Source: an uncultured Actinomycetota bacterium
GTDB taxonomy: Bacteria; Actinomycetota; Actinomycetes; Mycobacteriales; Mycobacteriaceae
Assembly: GCA_963781685.1 (NCBI GenBank)
Contig: CAWAGK010000017.1
Location: 108,110-172,109 of the forward strand
Length of the DNA stretch: 64,000 bases
Reading direction: 5' to 3'
Part shown: one piece after another, positions 46,335 through 55,886 of the stretch
How positions within the stretch are numbered: position 1 is the first letter of the stretch
How the letters are laid out: each line of letters opens with the position of its first letter
The notes under the pieces: generated by a model
The model's database searches: none
What the model saw: the letters and a program-made list of their open reading frames with translations, nothing else
Told to the model about the DNA's origin: nothing
Program-made: the position numbers and the translations under genes

Positions 46335-47588
46335 TCACCAGGTCACCGGCAGTTCGTAGACGCCGTATGCGAGCCGATCGTGCTTGAGCGGGACGTCCTC
46401 GACCGGCGCGGCCAGTTCCAGCGTCGGGATGCGGCGAAGCAGCGTGTGAAAGACGATCTGCAGCTCGGCACGGGCGAGCTGCTGGCCGACGCACTGGTGC
46501 CTGCCGTAGCCGAACGCGACGTGTTGCCCCGCGCCCGAGCGGTGCAGGTAAAGCCGCTCGGGTTCGGCAAATGCCTTGGCATCCCAGTTCGCCGGCGCCA
46601 GGTCGATGATGATCCCTTCGCCGGCGCGGATGACCTCGCCGGCGATCTCGATGTCGTCGGCGGCGACGCGACGCTGCCCGTTTTGGATGATGGACAGGTA
46701 GCGCAGCAGTTCCTCGACCGCGTTTGCGATGACCTTCGCGTCGTCGGTGTCACGTAGCACCGCCGCTTGTTCGGGGTACTGCAGCAGCGCAAGCACGCCG
46801 AGGCCGATCATGTTGGCGGTGGTTTCATGCCCGGCGATCAGCAGCCCGGTACCCAGCTGCGCGGCCTCCTTGACGCTGAGCTCTCCGGCTTTGACGCGTT
46901 CGGCCAAATCCGACACCGCGTCTGCCGAATCTTCCAGTGGAGCCTCCACCTTCGCTTCGACCAGCTGAGCCAGGTATTTGTTCAGGTTCACCGCACCTTT
47001 GACGGTGTCCTCACCGGTCGCGTAGCGCGCAAGCCCGATATTGGCGTGGTGCTGAAACATCTCGGCGTCCTCATACGGCACGCCCAGCAGCTGGCTGATC
47101 ACCAGCGACGGCACCGGCAGCGCGAGCGACGTGACGATATCCGCCGGCTGCGGTCCCGCCAGCATCGCTTCGATGTGCTCGTCGGTGATCTGCTGGATCG
47201 CCGGCCGCAGGCCTTCTACCCGCTTGAAGGTGAACGGCTTTGACAACATGCGCCGAAACCGGGTGTGCTCCTCGGCGTCCGAGGTGAACACCGATCGGGG
47301 CCGCTTGTGCACGGTCGACAACATGCCTTCGTTCCAATGCGGGAAGCCGGGCCGCCGGTCGTCAACGCTGACGCGGGAATCGGAGAACAGCGTCCGCACT
47401 TCGTCGTAGCCGGTGATCAGCCACGGTGTGCTGCCGTCCCAGATCCTGACCCGGGACAGCGGCCGCGCCGCGCCGAGCTCCATCACCTCGGGCGGCGGGG
47501 CGAACGGGCAGCCGGCCGCTCTTCCCATCGGATATTCCGGAACGTCGGAAACCGTCTCGGTTTCGGTGCCGGTGAGGGTATCGGACAC
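46335..47588 (-). CDS. Cytochrome P450 (CYP105-like)
   Basis: LIAGHETT, EELLR, AFGYGRHQCVG. Confidence 0.95.
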   Translation of the reverse strand: MSDTLTGTETETVSDVPEYPMGRAAGCPFAPPPEVMELGAARPLSRVRIWDGSTPWLITGYDEVRTLFSDSRVSVDDRRPGFPHWNEGMLSTVHKRPRSVFTSDAEEHTRFRRMLSKPFTFKRVEGLRPAIQQITDEHIEAMLAGPQPADIVTSLALPVPSLVISQLLGVPYEDAEMFQHHANIGLARYATGEDTVKGAVNLNKYLAQLVEAKVEAPLEDSADAVSDLAERVKAGELSVKEAAQLGTGLLIAGHETTANMIGLGVLALLQYPEQAAVLRDTDDAKVIANAVEELLRYLSIIQNGQRRVAADDIEIAGEVIRAGEGIIIDLAPANWDAKAFAEPERLYLHRSGAGQHVAFGYGRHQCVGQQLARAELQIVFHTLLRRIPTLELAAPVEDVPLKHDRLAYGVYELPVTW

Positions 47589-47591
47589 TTC

Positions 47592-47786
47592 TCACTCCTC
47601 GATGTGGATGGCCAGTGCGGGGCAACCCGCCGCGGCCTTGCGGGCGTTGTCGGCCTGGTCGGTGGGCGGGTTCTCGTTCAGCAGAATGACGACTCCGTCA
47701 TCGTCGCGCTGGTCGAAGATTTCGGGCGCATGCATCACGCAGTTTCCCGACGATGCGCAGATATCTTGGTCCACAGTCACTTTCAT
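47592..47786 (-). CDS. Ferredoxin
   Basis: MKVTVDQDICASSGNC...CPALAI. Confidence 0.92.
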   Translation of the reverse strand: MKVTVDQDICASSGNCVMHAPEIFDQRDDDGVVILLNENPPTDQADNARKAAAGCPALAIHIEE

Positions 47787-47806
47787 AATTTTACGGCCAA
47801 CCTCTT

Positions 47807-48490
47807 CTACTCGTGCGGGGTGACCGGTGCCAGCCAGAGTCCCACGACCGCGTCGATCAGACCTGTACCGGCGGCCTGCCACGACGAACCCGGCACGGAT
47901 GCGCCTGCGGCCATTGCCCTTTCACGCTCGGCGCAGGTATGCATCAGTAGGTTGCGGGCCATCAGGTTGCGTTCCACCCGAACGTCGATCGGCAACTCGG
48001 GAAGACACCGGTTGATGCCATCTATCACCTGGACCAGCGATTCGGACGTGAGCGCATCCTTGACCACGATGTTGTAGTAGGCCGGATCGGTCATCACTTG
48101 CGCGGCGAAGCGCGCGTACCAGGTGGGGTTGCCGAGCGCTGCGAGGTGATCGGTTAACGGACGTACCAGACACGCGACCCAGCTCCGCATATCGTCGCCG
48201 TCCCCCGATTGCATGGTCTCGGCGACCATGCTTTCCCGTAGCTGCTCGATGGCCACCCGATGCCGCTGCTCGATGGCCCGCACCAAATCCGTTTTGGTGC
48301 CGAAGTGGTAGCCGACCGCGGCATTGTTGCCCTGGCCGGCGGCCTCGCTGACCTGCCGATTCGAGACGGCGAAGACCCCGTGTTCGGCGAACAGCCGTTC
48401 GGCCGCGGTCAGGATCGCCTCCTGGGTGGTGCTGGCCCGGTCGCCGCGTGCGGCCTTCGCGGTGGTCACCTGGCCAGTCAACGCCCCCAT
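47807..48490 (-). CDS. TetR/AcrR family regulator
   Basis: AAERLFAEHG...SNRQVSEAAGQGNNAAVGYHFGTK. Confidence 0.93.
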   Translation of the reverse strand: MGALTGQVTTAKAARGDRASTTQEAILTAAERLFAEHGVFAVSNRQVSEAAGQGNNAAVGYHFGTKTDLVRAIEQRHRVAIEQLRESMVAETMQSGDGDDMRSWVACLVRPLTDHLAALGNPTWYARFAAQVMTDPAYYNIVVKDALTSESLVQVIDGINRCLPELPIDVRVERNLMARNLLMHTCAERERAMAAGASVPGSSWQAAGTGLIDAVVGLWLAPVTPHE

Positions 48491-48495
48491 CGCGA

Positions 48496-48517
48496 TTAAG
48501 TCAAGCGATTGATTTAA
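48496..48517. promoter_or_regulatory. Imperfect palindrome, TetR-type operator copy 1
   Basis: TTAAGTCAAGCGATTGATTTAA (18/22 self-complementary), 21 bp identical to 49370-49390. Confidence 0.7.
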
Positions 48518-49341
48518 TCTTTGTTCTCGCCGCGACGACGGAGCACCTTGCCGGCAACGGTGCCGCCGTCGACCGGCAAGACGGTCCCGGTCACATACCG
48601 GGACCGGTCGCCGGCCAAGTACAGCGCGGCCTCCGCGATGTCCGCGGTTGTGCCCTCTCGCTTCAGCGGCCGGTCGGCTCGCATCTGCTCGCGGATCGCA
48701 TGCTCGAAGCGCGCGAGCTCTGCTTGATCCATCTTCGGGACCAGCCCCTCCGTCGTCGTCGCCAGCAACGGTGTCGGTATGTTGCCGGGCGCGATCGCGT
48801 TGACCCGAACCTCGTAATGCGCCAACTCGATCGCGGCGGACTTGGTGAACATGATGACCGCCGCTTTGGATGCGCGGTAGGTCATCACGCCGCCGCCGGC
48901 CTGGATGCCGCCGATCGACGACATGTTGATGATCGACCCGCCGCCGCTGGTCGCCATCTGCCGGGCCGCATCGCGGGTACCGGCCATCACGCCCAATACG
49001 TTGACCGACATGACCCGCTGAAAGTCGGCGAGGTCGTCGTCAAGGAAGCTCCGGTGCATCCGGCTGGAAACTCCGGCGTTGTTCACCATCACGTCTAACC
49101 CACCGAACGTCTCAACGGCAGCCGCGACCAGCGCACCGACCTGGACGGGGTCGGAGACGTCGGTCAACCGGAAAACTGCGTCGGCGCCCAGCGTGGCGGC
49201 GAGATCTTCACCGCGATCGCGCTCGACGTCGGCGATCACGACCCGCGCGCCCTCCGCCAGAAACTTCTCGACGACGCCGGCACCGATGCCCGATGCGCCG
49301 CCGGTGACGATCGCGACCTTGCCGGTCAGTTCATTGACCAT
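48514..49341 (-). CDS. SDR oxidoreductase
   Basis: TGGASGIG, NNAG, YRASK, VTGTVLPVDGG. Confidence 0.93.
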   Translation of the reverse strand: MVNELTGKVAIVTGGASGIGAGVVEKFLAEGARVVIADVERDRGEDLAATLGADAVFRLTDVSDPVQVGALVAAAVETFGGLDVMVNNAGVSSRMHRSFLDDDLADFQRVMSVNVLGVMAGTRDAARQMATSGGGSIINMSSIGGIQAGGGVMTYRASKAAVIMFTKSAAIELAHYEVRVNAIAPGNIPTPLLATTTEGLVPKMDQAELARFEHAIREQMRADRPLKREGTTADIAEAALYLAGDRSRYVTGTVLPVDGGTVAGKVLRRRGENKD

Positions 49342-49369
49342 GCCGACGAGTTAATCGGCACGACATCGG

Positions 49370-49390
49370 TTAAGTCAAGCGATTGATTTA
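49370..49390. promoter_or_regulatory. TetR-type operator copy 2
   Basis: TTAAGTCAAGCGATTGATTTA upstream of the SDR. Confidence 0.7.
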
Positions 49391-49578
49391 GCTAGAGGTC
49401 GCCGCCCGACTTCGGCGCGGTATTACGTTCGGCTTGGTGACGCAGTTTGTTAACTTCGAATCCTCGCGGCGTGGGCCTAGAGCAGCCACGGTTCGTATGT
49501 TGGCAGGATCTTGTGGTCCGGCCTGAGTTGGTGGCGCAGTGAAATTAGTCATCTCAACGACCGTTCAAAGGAACAATT

Positions 49579-50709
49579 TTGAAACACAACCGATTTGGTG
49601 CTGCACTGGGCGTGTTGGCCACGGGTGCGCTGATGCTGTCCGCGTGTGGAAATAACAACACCGCGAGTCAAGGCGGTGCGACGTCCGGATCGTCTGGTTC
49701 CTCCGGTTCGTCGTCGGCGAATGTGAGTTGCGGTGGAAAGCAGACGCTGAAAGCCAGCGGATCCACCGCCCAGGCGAATGCCATGGCCCGGTTCGTCAAC
49801 GCGTTCGAACAGGCGTGCTCGGGTCAAACCTTGAACTACACCGCGAACGGTTCGGGTGCCGGCATCAATGAATTCGTCGGCAATCAAACTGACTTCGGTG
49901 GCTCGGACGTGCCGCTGAGCGACGAGGAGCACGGCAAAGCGCAACAGCGGTGCGGTTCGCCGGCGTGGGACCTGCCGGTGGTGTTCGGCCCGATCGCGGT
50001 GACCTACAACGTCAGCGGCGTGACGGCACTGAGTCTGGACGGGCCGACAGCGGCGAAAATCTTCAACGGGACCATCAAGACGTGGAACGACCCGGCCATC
50101 ACGGCGCTGAATTCCGGCGCCACCCTGCCCGCACTGCCGATACACGTCGTGTTCCGCAGTGACCAATCGGGAACGACCGACAACTTCCAGCAGTATCTCG
50201 ATACCGCATCGGACGGTGCATGGGGCAAGGGCACCGGGAAGTCGTTCAACGGTGGTGTCGGTGAAGGGGCCAAAGGCAACGACGGCACCTCGGCGGCCAT
50301 CAAGAGCACCCCGGGATCGATCACCTACAACGAATGGTCGTTCGCCCAGGCACAGAAGCTCAACATGGCCAAGATCGTCACTTCGGCGGGTCCCGACCCC
50401 GTGTCGATCAGCGCCGATTCGGTGGGCAAGACCATCGCCGGAGCAAAGGTGAAAGGACAGGGCAACGACCTGACGCTCGACACGGTGTCGTTCTACAAGC
50501 CGACACAGCCGGGCGCGTACCCGATCGTGCTGGCGACGTATGAGGTCGTCTGCTCCAAGTACCCCGACAGCCAGGTCGGCACCGCCGTCAAGGCCTTCCT
50601 GCAGGCCACCATTGGTCCCGGCCAGAACGGATTGGCGGACAACGGATACATTCCCATCCCCGACGCGTTCAAGTCGAGGTTGTCCGCCGCCGTGAATGCC
50701 ATCGCGTGA
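49579..50709 (+). CDS. pstS: Phosphate ABC transporter substrate-binding lipoprotein
   Basis: Lipobox [35 protein letters not shown]. Confidence 0.95.
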   Translation: MKHNRFGAALGVLATGALMLSACGNNNTASQGGATSGSSGSSGSSSANVSCGGKQTLKASGSTAQANAMARFVNAFEQACSGQTLNYTANGSGAGINEFVGNQTDFGGSDVPLSDEEHGKAQQRCGSPAWDLPVVFGPIAVTYNVSGVTALSLDGPTAAKIFNGTIKTWNDPAITALNSGATLPALPIHVVFRSDQSGTTDNFQQYLDTASDGAWGKGTGKSFNGGVGEGAKGNDGTSAAIKSTPGSITYNEWSFAQAQKLNMAKIVTSAGPDPVSISADSVGKTIAGAKVKGQGNDLTLDTVSFYKPTQPGAYPIVLATYEVVCSKYPDSQVGTAVKAFLQATIGPGQNGLADNGYIPIPDAFKSRLSAAVNAIA

Positions 50710-50724
50710 CCATCTAGGACCATC

Positions 50725-51715
50725 TTGACTGCGACAACGCCTGCGCTGTGCGCTGCGGACAACGCCCCCGCCGAGCGCTGGCGACGGAGCCAAGGCACGG
50801 CGCGGCGACCGACTGTTCGAGTCGGTCGCCGGCGCCGCCGGTTCGACGATCACGATCGCGATCGGTCTGATCGCGATCTTCCTGCTGGTCCAAGCGATCC
50901 CGTCACTGCGCGCTAACCACGCGAATTTCTTCACCAGCGCACAGTTCAATACCACCGACAGCAACAACCTGGCGTTTGGCATCCGTGACCTCTTCATGGT
51001 GACGGTGCTGAGCTCCTTATGGGCCATGGCCTTGGCGGTACCGGTTGCGATCGGGATCGCGGTGTTCCTGACCCAATACGCGCCGGCAAGGCTGTCACGC
51101 CTTTGCGGGGCATTGGTCGATCTGCTCGCCGCAGTGCCGTCGATCGTCTTCGGGTTGTGGGGGATTTTCGTGCTGGCACCGGTGATCGAGCCGATCGAGG
51201 CATTGCTCAACCGAGACCTGGGATGGTTGCCCTTATTCAAGGCCGGCAACGTTTCATTGGCCGGTGCCGGCAATATCTTCACCGCTGGTGTCGTGCTTGC
51301 CGTGATGGTCCTGCCCATCATCACATCGGTATCGCGAGAAGTGTTCCGGCAGACCCCCTCTACTCACATCGAAGCGGCGCAAGCACTGGGCGCGACAAAG
51401 TGGGAGGTGGTGCGGATGACCGTCTTCCCCTACGGTCGTAGCGGTGCCGTCGCCGCTTCGATGCTGGGGTTGGGTCGTGCTCTCGGTGAAACCGTGGCGG
51501 TGCTGATCATCTTGCGAGCGTCCGCGCATGCCGGCAACTGGTCGGTTTTCGATGGCGGCTACACATTCGCATCCAAGATTGCATCTGCAGCAAGCGAATT
51601 CAGCGAGCCACTGCCGACTGGAGCCTACATCGCGGCCGGATTCGTGCTGTTCGTTCTCACGTTCATCGTCAACGCGACCGCCCGCGCGATCGTTGGCACG
51701 GCGGTCAAGACATGA
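50725..51715 (+). pseudogene. pstC: Phosphate ABC permease PstC, frameshifted by a 7-bp tandem duplication
   Basis: TTG 50725; TGCGCTG duplicated at 50742-50755; deleting one copy gives [30 protein letters not shown]... in frame with [13 protein letters not shown] and [11 protein letters not shown]. Confidence 0.85.
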
Positions 51716-52617
51716 GCGCCCCTGCCCTCGACCTGCCGGTCAAAGCTGCCGCGGTTCAGCCGATCAGTATCGGACGACGGATCAAAAACAGCATCGCGGC
51801 ATCGCTTTTCATCTTCTGCTTCGTCATCGCGTTGGTACCGCTGATCTGGCTGCTATGGGTTGTTATCCACAGAGGCTTCTACGCCATCGTGCAGCCCGGG
51901 TGGTGGAGTCACTCACTACGCGGAGTGCTGCCGGAGCAGTTTTCCGGCGGGGTTTACCACGCCCTTTACGGGACTGTGGTGCAGGCTGCGGCGGCGGCTT
52001 TCCTGGCCATCCCACTGGGATTCATGACCGCGGTGTACTTGGCGGAATACCGTTCCAATCGGCTAGCGCGGTTCACCAGCTTCATGGTTGACGTGTTGGC
52101 CGGGCTGCCCTCGATCGTGGCCGCGCTCTTCATCTTCGGCCTGTGGATCGCCACCATGGGATTCGAGCAGAGTGCCTTTGCGGTGTCACTCGCGTTGGTC
52201 TTGCTGATGTTGCCAATCGTGGTGCGGTCGGCTGAGGAGATGCTCAAGCTGGTGCCCGACGACCTGCGGGAAGCCAGCTACGCCTTGGGCATTCCGAAAT
52301 GGAAGACCATCATGCGGATCGTCGTTCCCGTCGCGATGCCGGGCATCATCTCCGGCGTCTTACTGTCGGTCGCGCGTGTGATGGGCGAAACCGCGCCGGT
52401 GCTGGTGCTGGTCGGATATAGCCGCTCGATCAACACCGACATCTTCAAGGGCAACATGGCGTCGCTGCCGCTGTTGATCTACAGCGAACTCAACAATCCC
52501 GAACACGCCGGCTTCCTGCGGGTTTGGGGTGTTGCTCTGACATTGATCATCGTGGTGGCGGTCGTCTACATGCTGGCTGCCGTAGCCAACCGGCTGATCG
52601 CAATCCGTCGGCGCTGA
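51712..52617 (+). CDS. pstA: Phosphate ABC permease PstA
   Basis: [28 protein letters not shown]. Confidence 0.93.
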   Translation: MSAPALDLPVKAAAVQPISIGRRIKNSIAASLFIFCFVIALVPLIWLLWVVIHRGFYAIVQPGWWSHSLRGVLPEQFSGGVYHALYGTVVQAAAAAFLAIPLGFMTAVYLAEYRSNRLARFTSFMVDVLAGLPSIVAALFIFGLWIATMGFEQSAFAVSLALVLLMLPIVVRSAEEMLKLVPDDLREASYALGIPKWKTIMRIVVPVAMPGIISGVLLSVARVMGETAPVLVLVGYSRSINTDIFKGNMASLPLLIYSELNNPEHAGFLRVWGVALTLIIVVAVVYMLAAVANRLIAIRRR

Positions 52618-52635
52618 AGCTTGATTGGCCCGTAA

Positions 52636-53448
52636 CTACAGGAATTGCAGCAGCAGCTCGTTGACGGCTGCCGATTGCTCAATCTGCGGGCAGTGACCGG
52701 CCGCCTCGACCACGGCTGACCGTCCCCTGGAAATCTGGTCGGCGATCTCTTTCGCCCAGCCAGGCGGCAGCAATTTGTCGCAGGCGCCCTCGACCACAAG
52801 CGTCGGAACCGAGACGCGCTCGTAGGCCCGTTTGCTCGACGGTGCCGGCGGCGGTGCAGCGCCGGGCCGGCGGAAACGGGCCGCGGCGAGCGCCTCCCAC
52901 GCACCGGGAGCAATGCTGGATTCGTAGCGACGCTGGACGTAGTCGTCGTCGGCGGGATACGACGGATCGTGGAAGAGCGCCTCGACGATCCGGCGCATCG
53001 CCGGCAGGCTCGCGTCGTAGTCGTAGAGCGCCTCCATGTGCTGGTTGCGTTGAATTTCGCCGCCGCCGCATATCGCGACCATGCTGCGCATCGGCAACAC
53101 CGGCGAATCCGACGTGGCATCGGTGAGCAAGTTGATGGCGCCCATCGAATTGCCGACGAAATGCGCGGCGTCGATGCCGAGCTCGTCGCAGAACCGGGCG
53201 ATGTGTCGGATCCGCATCCCCCGGCCATCGTTGAAGTCGATGACTTTCGCGGACTGTCCGAAGCCCAACATGTCGGGCGCCAGCACTCGATGCCGGTCGG
53301 CAAGCGCGGGTATCGTTTGCTCCCAGCCGATTTCGGCGCTCACACCGAATTCGCCGCCGTGCAGCAGGATCACCGGGTCGCCCTGGCCGGCTTCCAGGTA
53401 GCTGGTGACCAGGCCGTCGACGACGAGATCTTTGCGTTGAATCTCCAT
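52636..53448 (-). CDS. Alpha/beta hydrolase
   Basis: LHGGEFG, DMLGFG, GNSMG, AGHCP. Confidence 0.9.
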   Translation of the reverse strand: MEIQRKDLVVDGLVTSYLEAGQGDPVILLHGGEFGVSAEIGWEQTIPALADRHRVLAPDMLGFGQSAKVIDFNDGRGMRIRHIARFCDELGIDAAHFVGNSMGAINLLTDATSDSPVLPMRSMVAICGGGEIQRNQHMEALYDYDASLPAMRRIVEALFHDPSYPADDDYVQRRYESSIAPGAWEALAAARFRRPGAAPPPAPSSKRAYERVSVPTLVVEGACDKLLPPGWAKEIADQISRGRSAVVEAAGHCPQIEQSAAVNELLLQFL

Positions 53449-53455
53449 GGCATCC

Positions 53456-54043
53456 TTAACCGACGACCTGGCCGGGTCCGGATCGCGCGAACGTCAACAA
53501 CTGCGACGCCAACAGATCCAGTTGATTGGTAACGGTCACATCGATCAGTTCGCCTGCCTCGTCCCAGATTTGGTCCGCGGAGTTGATCGCGACGCCGAGC
53601 GGAGTCGGCCAGGCTCGCAACGCATGACCGATGCCGCGGAGCTGGTTGAGTGTTCCCACCGCCGCCTGCCACCCGTAGGCGCAGCTGATGCAGCCCCACG
53701 GTTTGTTGTCGAGGTAGACCCGGGAGTCGGCACGCATGTCTTCGATGTAGTCGAGCGCGTTTTTCACCAGCCCGGAGACGCCGCCGTGGTATCCGGGCGA
53801 GCTGACGAGCACGGCGTCTGCCTCGCGCAGCGCTTCGATCAGCTGAATCGCCTCTCGCGTGCGGGCCGGGTCATGCGGGTTGTACATCGGCAGTTCGATG
53901 TCCCCGCCGCAGTAGAGTTTGGTGCGTCCGCCCTGCCGCTCAACGGCGGCCAAACAGTGGCGCAGGGCTCGTTCGGTGGACGAGTTGGCCCGCAGGGTGC
54001 CGCCGAGGCCGACCACCAGCGGCCCGTCCCCTTCCGTCAGCAT
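53456..54043 (-). CDS. NAD(P)H-dependent FMN reductase
   Basis: GGTLRANSST, SPGYHGGVSGLVKNALDY. Confidence 0.92.
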   Translation of the reverse strand: MLTEGDGPLVVGLGGTLRANSSTERALRHCLAAVERQGGRTKLYCGGDIELPMYNPHDPARTREAIQLIEALREADAVLVSSPGYHGGVSGLVKNALDYIEDMRADSRVYLDNKPWGCISCAYGWQAAVGTLNQLRGIGHALRAWPTPLGVAINSADQIWDEAGELIDVTVTNQLDLLASQLLTFARSGPGQVVG

Positions 54044-54058
54044 CGAACCGTGTCCTCC

Positions 54059-55048
54059 TTACTTGATTGCGATGGGATTCACTGGAGAGCCCACCGCACC
54101 AACGACTCTCAACGGCGGGGCGATGAGCTGAAACTCGTACACACCATCGGCCGCACAATCGGCCGCCAATGCGTTGAGATCCCAGTACTCGCCGAGCATC
54201 AGCCCCATGTCCCGCAGGCACAGCATGTGCATGGGCAAGAACGTTCCCTCAACCCCGGATATCGGATCTTCGACCATGAGGTTATCGGCGGCCACGGCCG
54301 CGACCTCGTGCTCGTGCAGCCAGGAGGCACACCGCCAGTCCAATCCCGAACCGGGTTCGGCGCCGTTGCCGGTCTCCAGAAACCTTGCCCACCAGCCGGT
54401 TCGGATCAAGACAATGTCGCCGCGCCCGACCGTGACACCCTGCGATCGGACGACCTCGTCGAGCTCGTCCGGGGTAATCGGGTTACCGAGCTCGAGAAAA
54501 GTCTCCACACCGCGATGCCGAACGATGTCCAGCAGCACGCCACGCGAGGTAATACCCTTGCCGTCTACCTTGTCGATGCCGCAATGAAATGCACCGAGGC
54601 TCGTCACCGAGCTCGCCGGGAAGCCGTTGTAGAGCTGATCGTCGTAGTAGACGTGGGAGAGCGCATCCCACTGGGTGGCCGCCTGCAACGGCATGATGAT
54701 CATGTCGTCGTTGAAGCGGAGCGGACTGTTCCCGAAGTATTTCCCCAGCTCTTGCGCACCGGGGTTGCGCGCCCACTCCGGCCCATAGCGACCCAACGCG
54801 CTCACATCACCGCCGTCGATGGTCATCACATGGATCGGGTTGTGCCGGAACTTGAATGCGCCCTGCGGACCCGACGACCCGAAGTCCACACCGAGCGGAA
54901 ACACCTTGCCGTGCTTGACCAGACTGGCCGCCTGCGCGACCTTCTCCGCGGTGATGAAGTTGAGCGTGCCCAGTTCGTCGTCGTCGCCCCAGCGTCCCCA
55001 GTTGCAGACGTCGCGCCCGACACGGCGAAAATCGGTCAGGCTTGCCAC
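54059..55048 (-). CDS. Cyclase/kynurenine-formamidase-like metal-dependent hydrolase
   Basis: NWGRWGDDDELGTLN, ATQWDALSH, GDIVLIRTGW, LGEYWDL, GSPVNPIAIK; GTG at 55048. Confidence 0.9.
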   Translation of the reverse strand: MASLTDFRRVGRDVCNWGRWGDDDELGTLNFITAEKVAQAASLVKHGKVFPLGVDFGSSGPQGAFKFRHNPIHVMTIDGGDVSALGRYGPEWARNPGAQELGKYFGNSPLRFNDDMIIMPLQAATQWDALSHVYYDDQLYNGFPASSVTSLGAFHCGIDKVDGKGITSRGVLLDIVRHRGVETFLELGNPITPDELDEVVRSQGVTVGRGDIVLIRTGWWARFLETGNGAEPGSGLDWRCASWLHEHEVAAVAADNLMVEDPISGVEGTFLPMHMLCLRDMGLMLGEYWDLNALAADCAADGVYEFQLIAPPLRVVGAVGSPVNPIAIK

Positions 55049-55866
55049 AGTGCTTGCCCTTCCTCGAGTTCCCGCGCGACCGCGGCGCCGATATTGCCGC
55101 CGTCGACCCACAGGACCTGGCCCGAGATATAGCTGGCGGCTTGGCTATTCAAGAACACCAGGACCGCGGCCTGCTCGGCCGGATCGGCGACCCGGCCCAA
55201 TGGTTTCGGAATGTCATCCAGGTACCCCTGGCCGTAGGCGGCGCGTAGCTGGTCAAGGATCGGTGTTTCGGTGACGCCCGGTCCGGTGCAGTTGATGCGA
55301 ATACCCCGAGCACCGAGCGCAGCGGTATTTCTCATGGTGTAAAGGATGATCGCTTCTTTGGACAACCGGTAGCCCCCGTCGGCCAGCGCATCGGGATGAC
55401 GGTGACACCACTCGATCCCCTCGGACATCGTGCGGGTGTTCAGCAGCCCGCCGACGACCTGCTGATGCTCCCGATACTTAGCGGCCGCGAGCGAGGACAC
55501 ACTCACGATCGACGACCCCGTTGGCATCTTCTCCAACACCGCCTCGGTGACATGCCGGAGGCCGAGGAAGTTGATCGTCACGACGAGCAATGGATCGCCG
55601 ATACCCGAGGAGACGCCGGCGATGTTGAACAGCACGTCGACGTCATGGCCGATCGACGCGACGGCACGGTCGATGGATGCCGGGTCGGTCAAGTCAAGGG
55701 CGTGGAACTCCGCGACATCAACGCTCGGCGGATGCTTGTCCAACCCAACGACGTCGGCGCCGAGTTCGGTGAGCTGCCTGACGACGTGAGCCCCGATCCC
55801 CGACGCGCATCCGGTCACCACCGCACGACGACCGTCGTATCGCCACAGCTCGTCGATTCGTCCCAA
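55036..55866 (-). CDS. SDR (coniferyl-alcohol/3-alpha-hydroxysteroid dehydrogenase-like)
   Basis: TGCASGIG, YRLSK, PGVTETPIL. Confidence 0.88.
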   Translation of the reverse strand: MGRIDELWRYDGRRAVVTGCASGIGAHVVRQLTELGADVVGLDKHPPSVDVAEFHALDLTDPASIDRAVASIGHDVDVLFNIAGVSSGIGDPLLVVTINFLGLRHVTEAVLEKMPTGSSIVSVSSLAAAKYREHQQVVGGLLNTRTMSEGIEWCHRHPDALADGGYRLSKEAIILYTMRNTAALGARGIRINCTGPGVTETPILDQLRAAYGQGYLDDIPKPLGRVADPAEQAAVLVFLNSQAASYISGQVLWVDGGNIGAAVARELEEGQALWQA

Positions 55867-55886
55867 TTGTCAAGCAACTTCCGCTA

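Noticed and set aside
49549-51324. 591-aa antisense ORF over pstS-pstC
   Set aside because: Shadow of high-GC coding strand; no motifs; the sense strand has clear Pst signatures
49391-52635. pst cluster as an element with flanking direct repeats
   Set aside because: No convincing repeat or mobility gene at its borders
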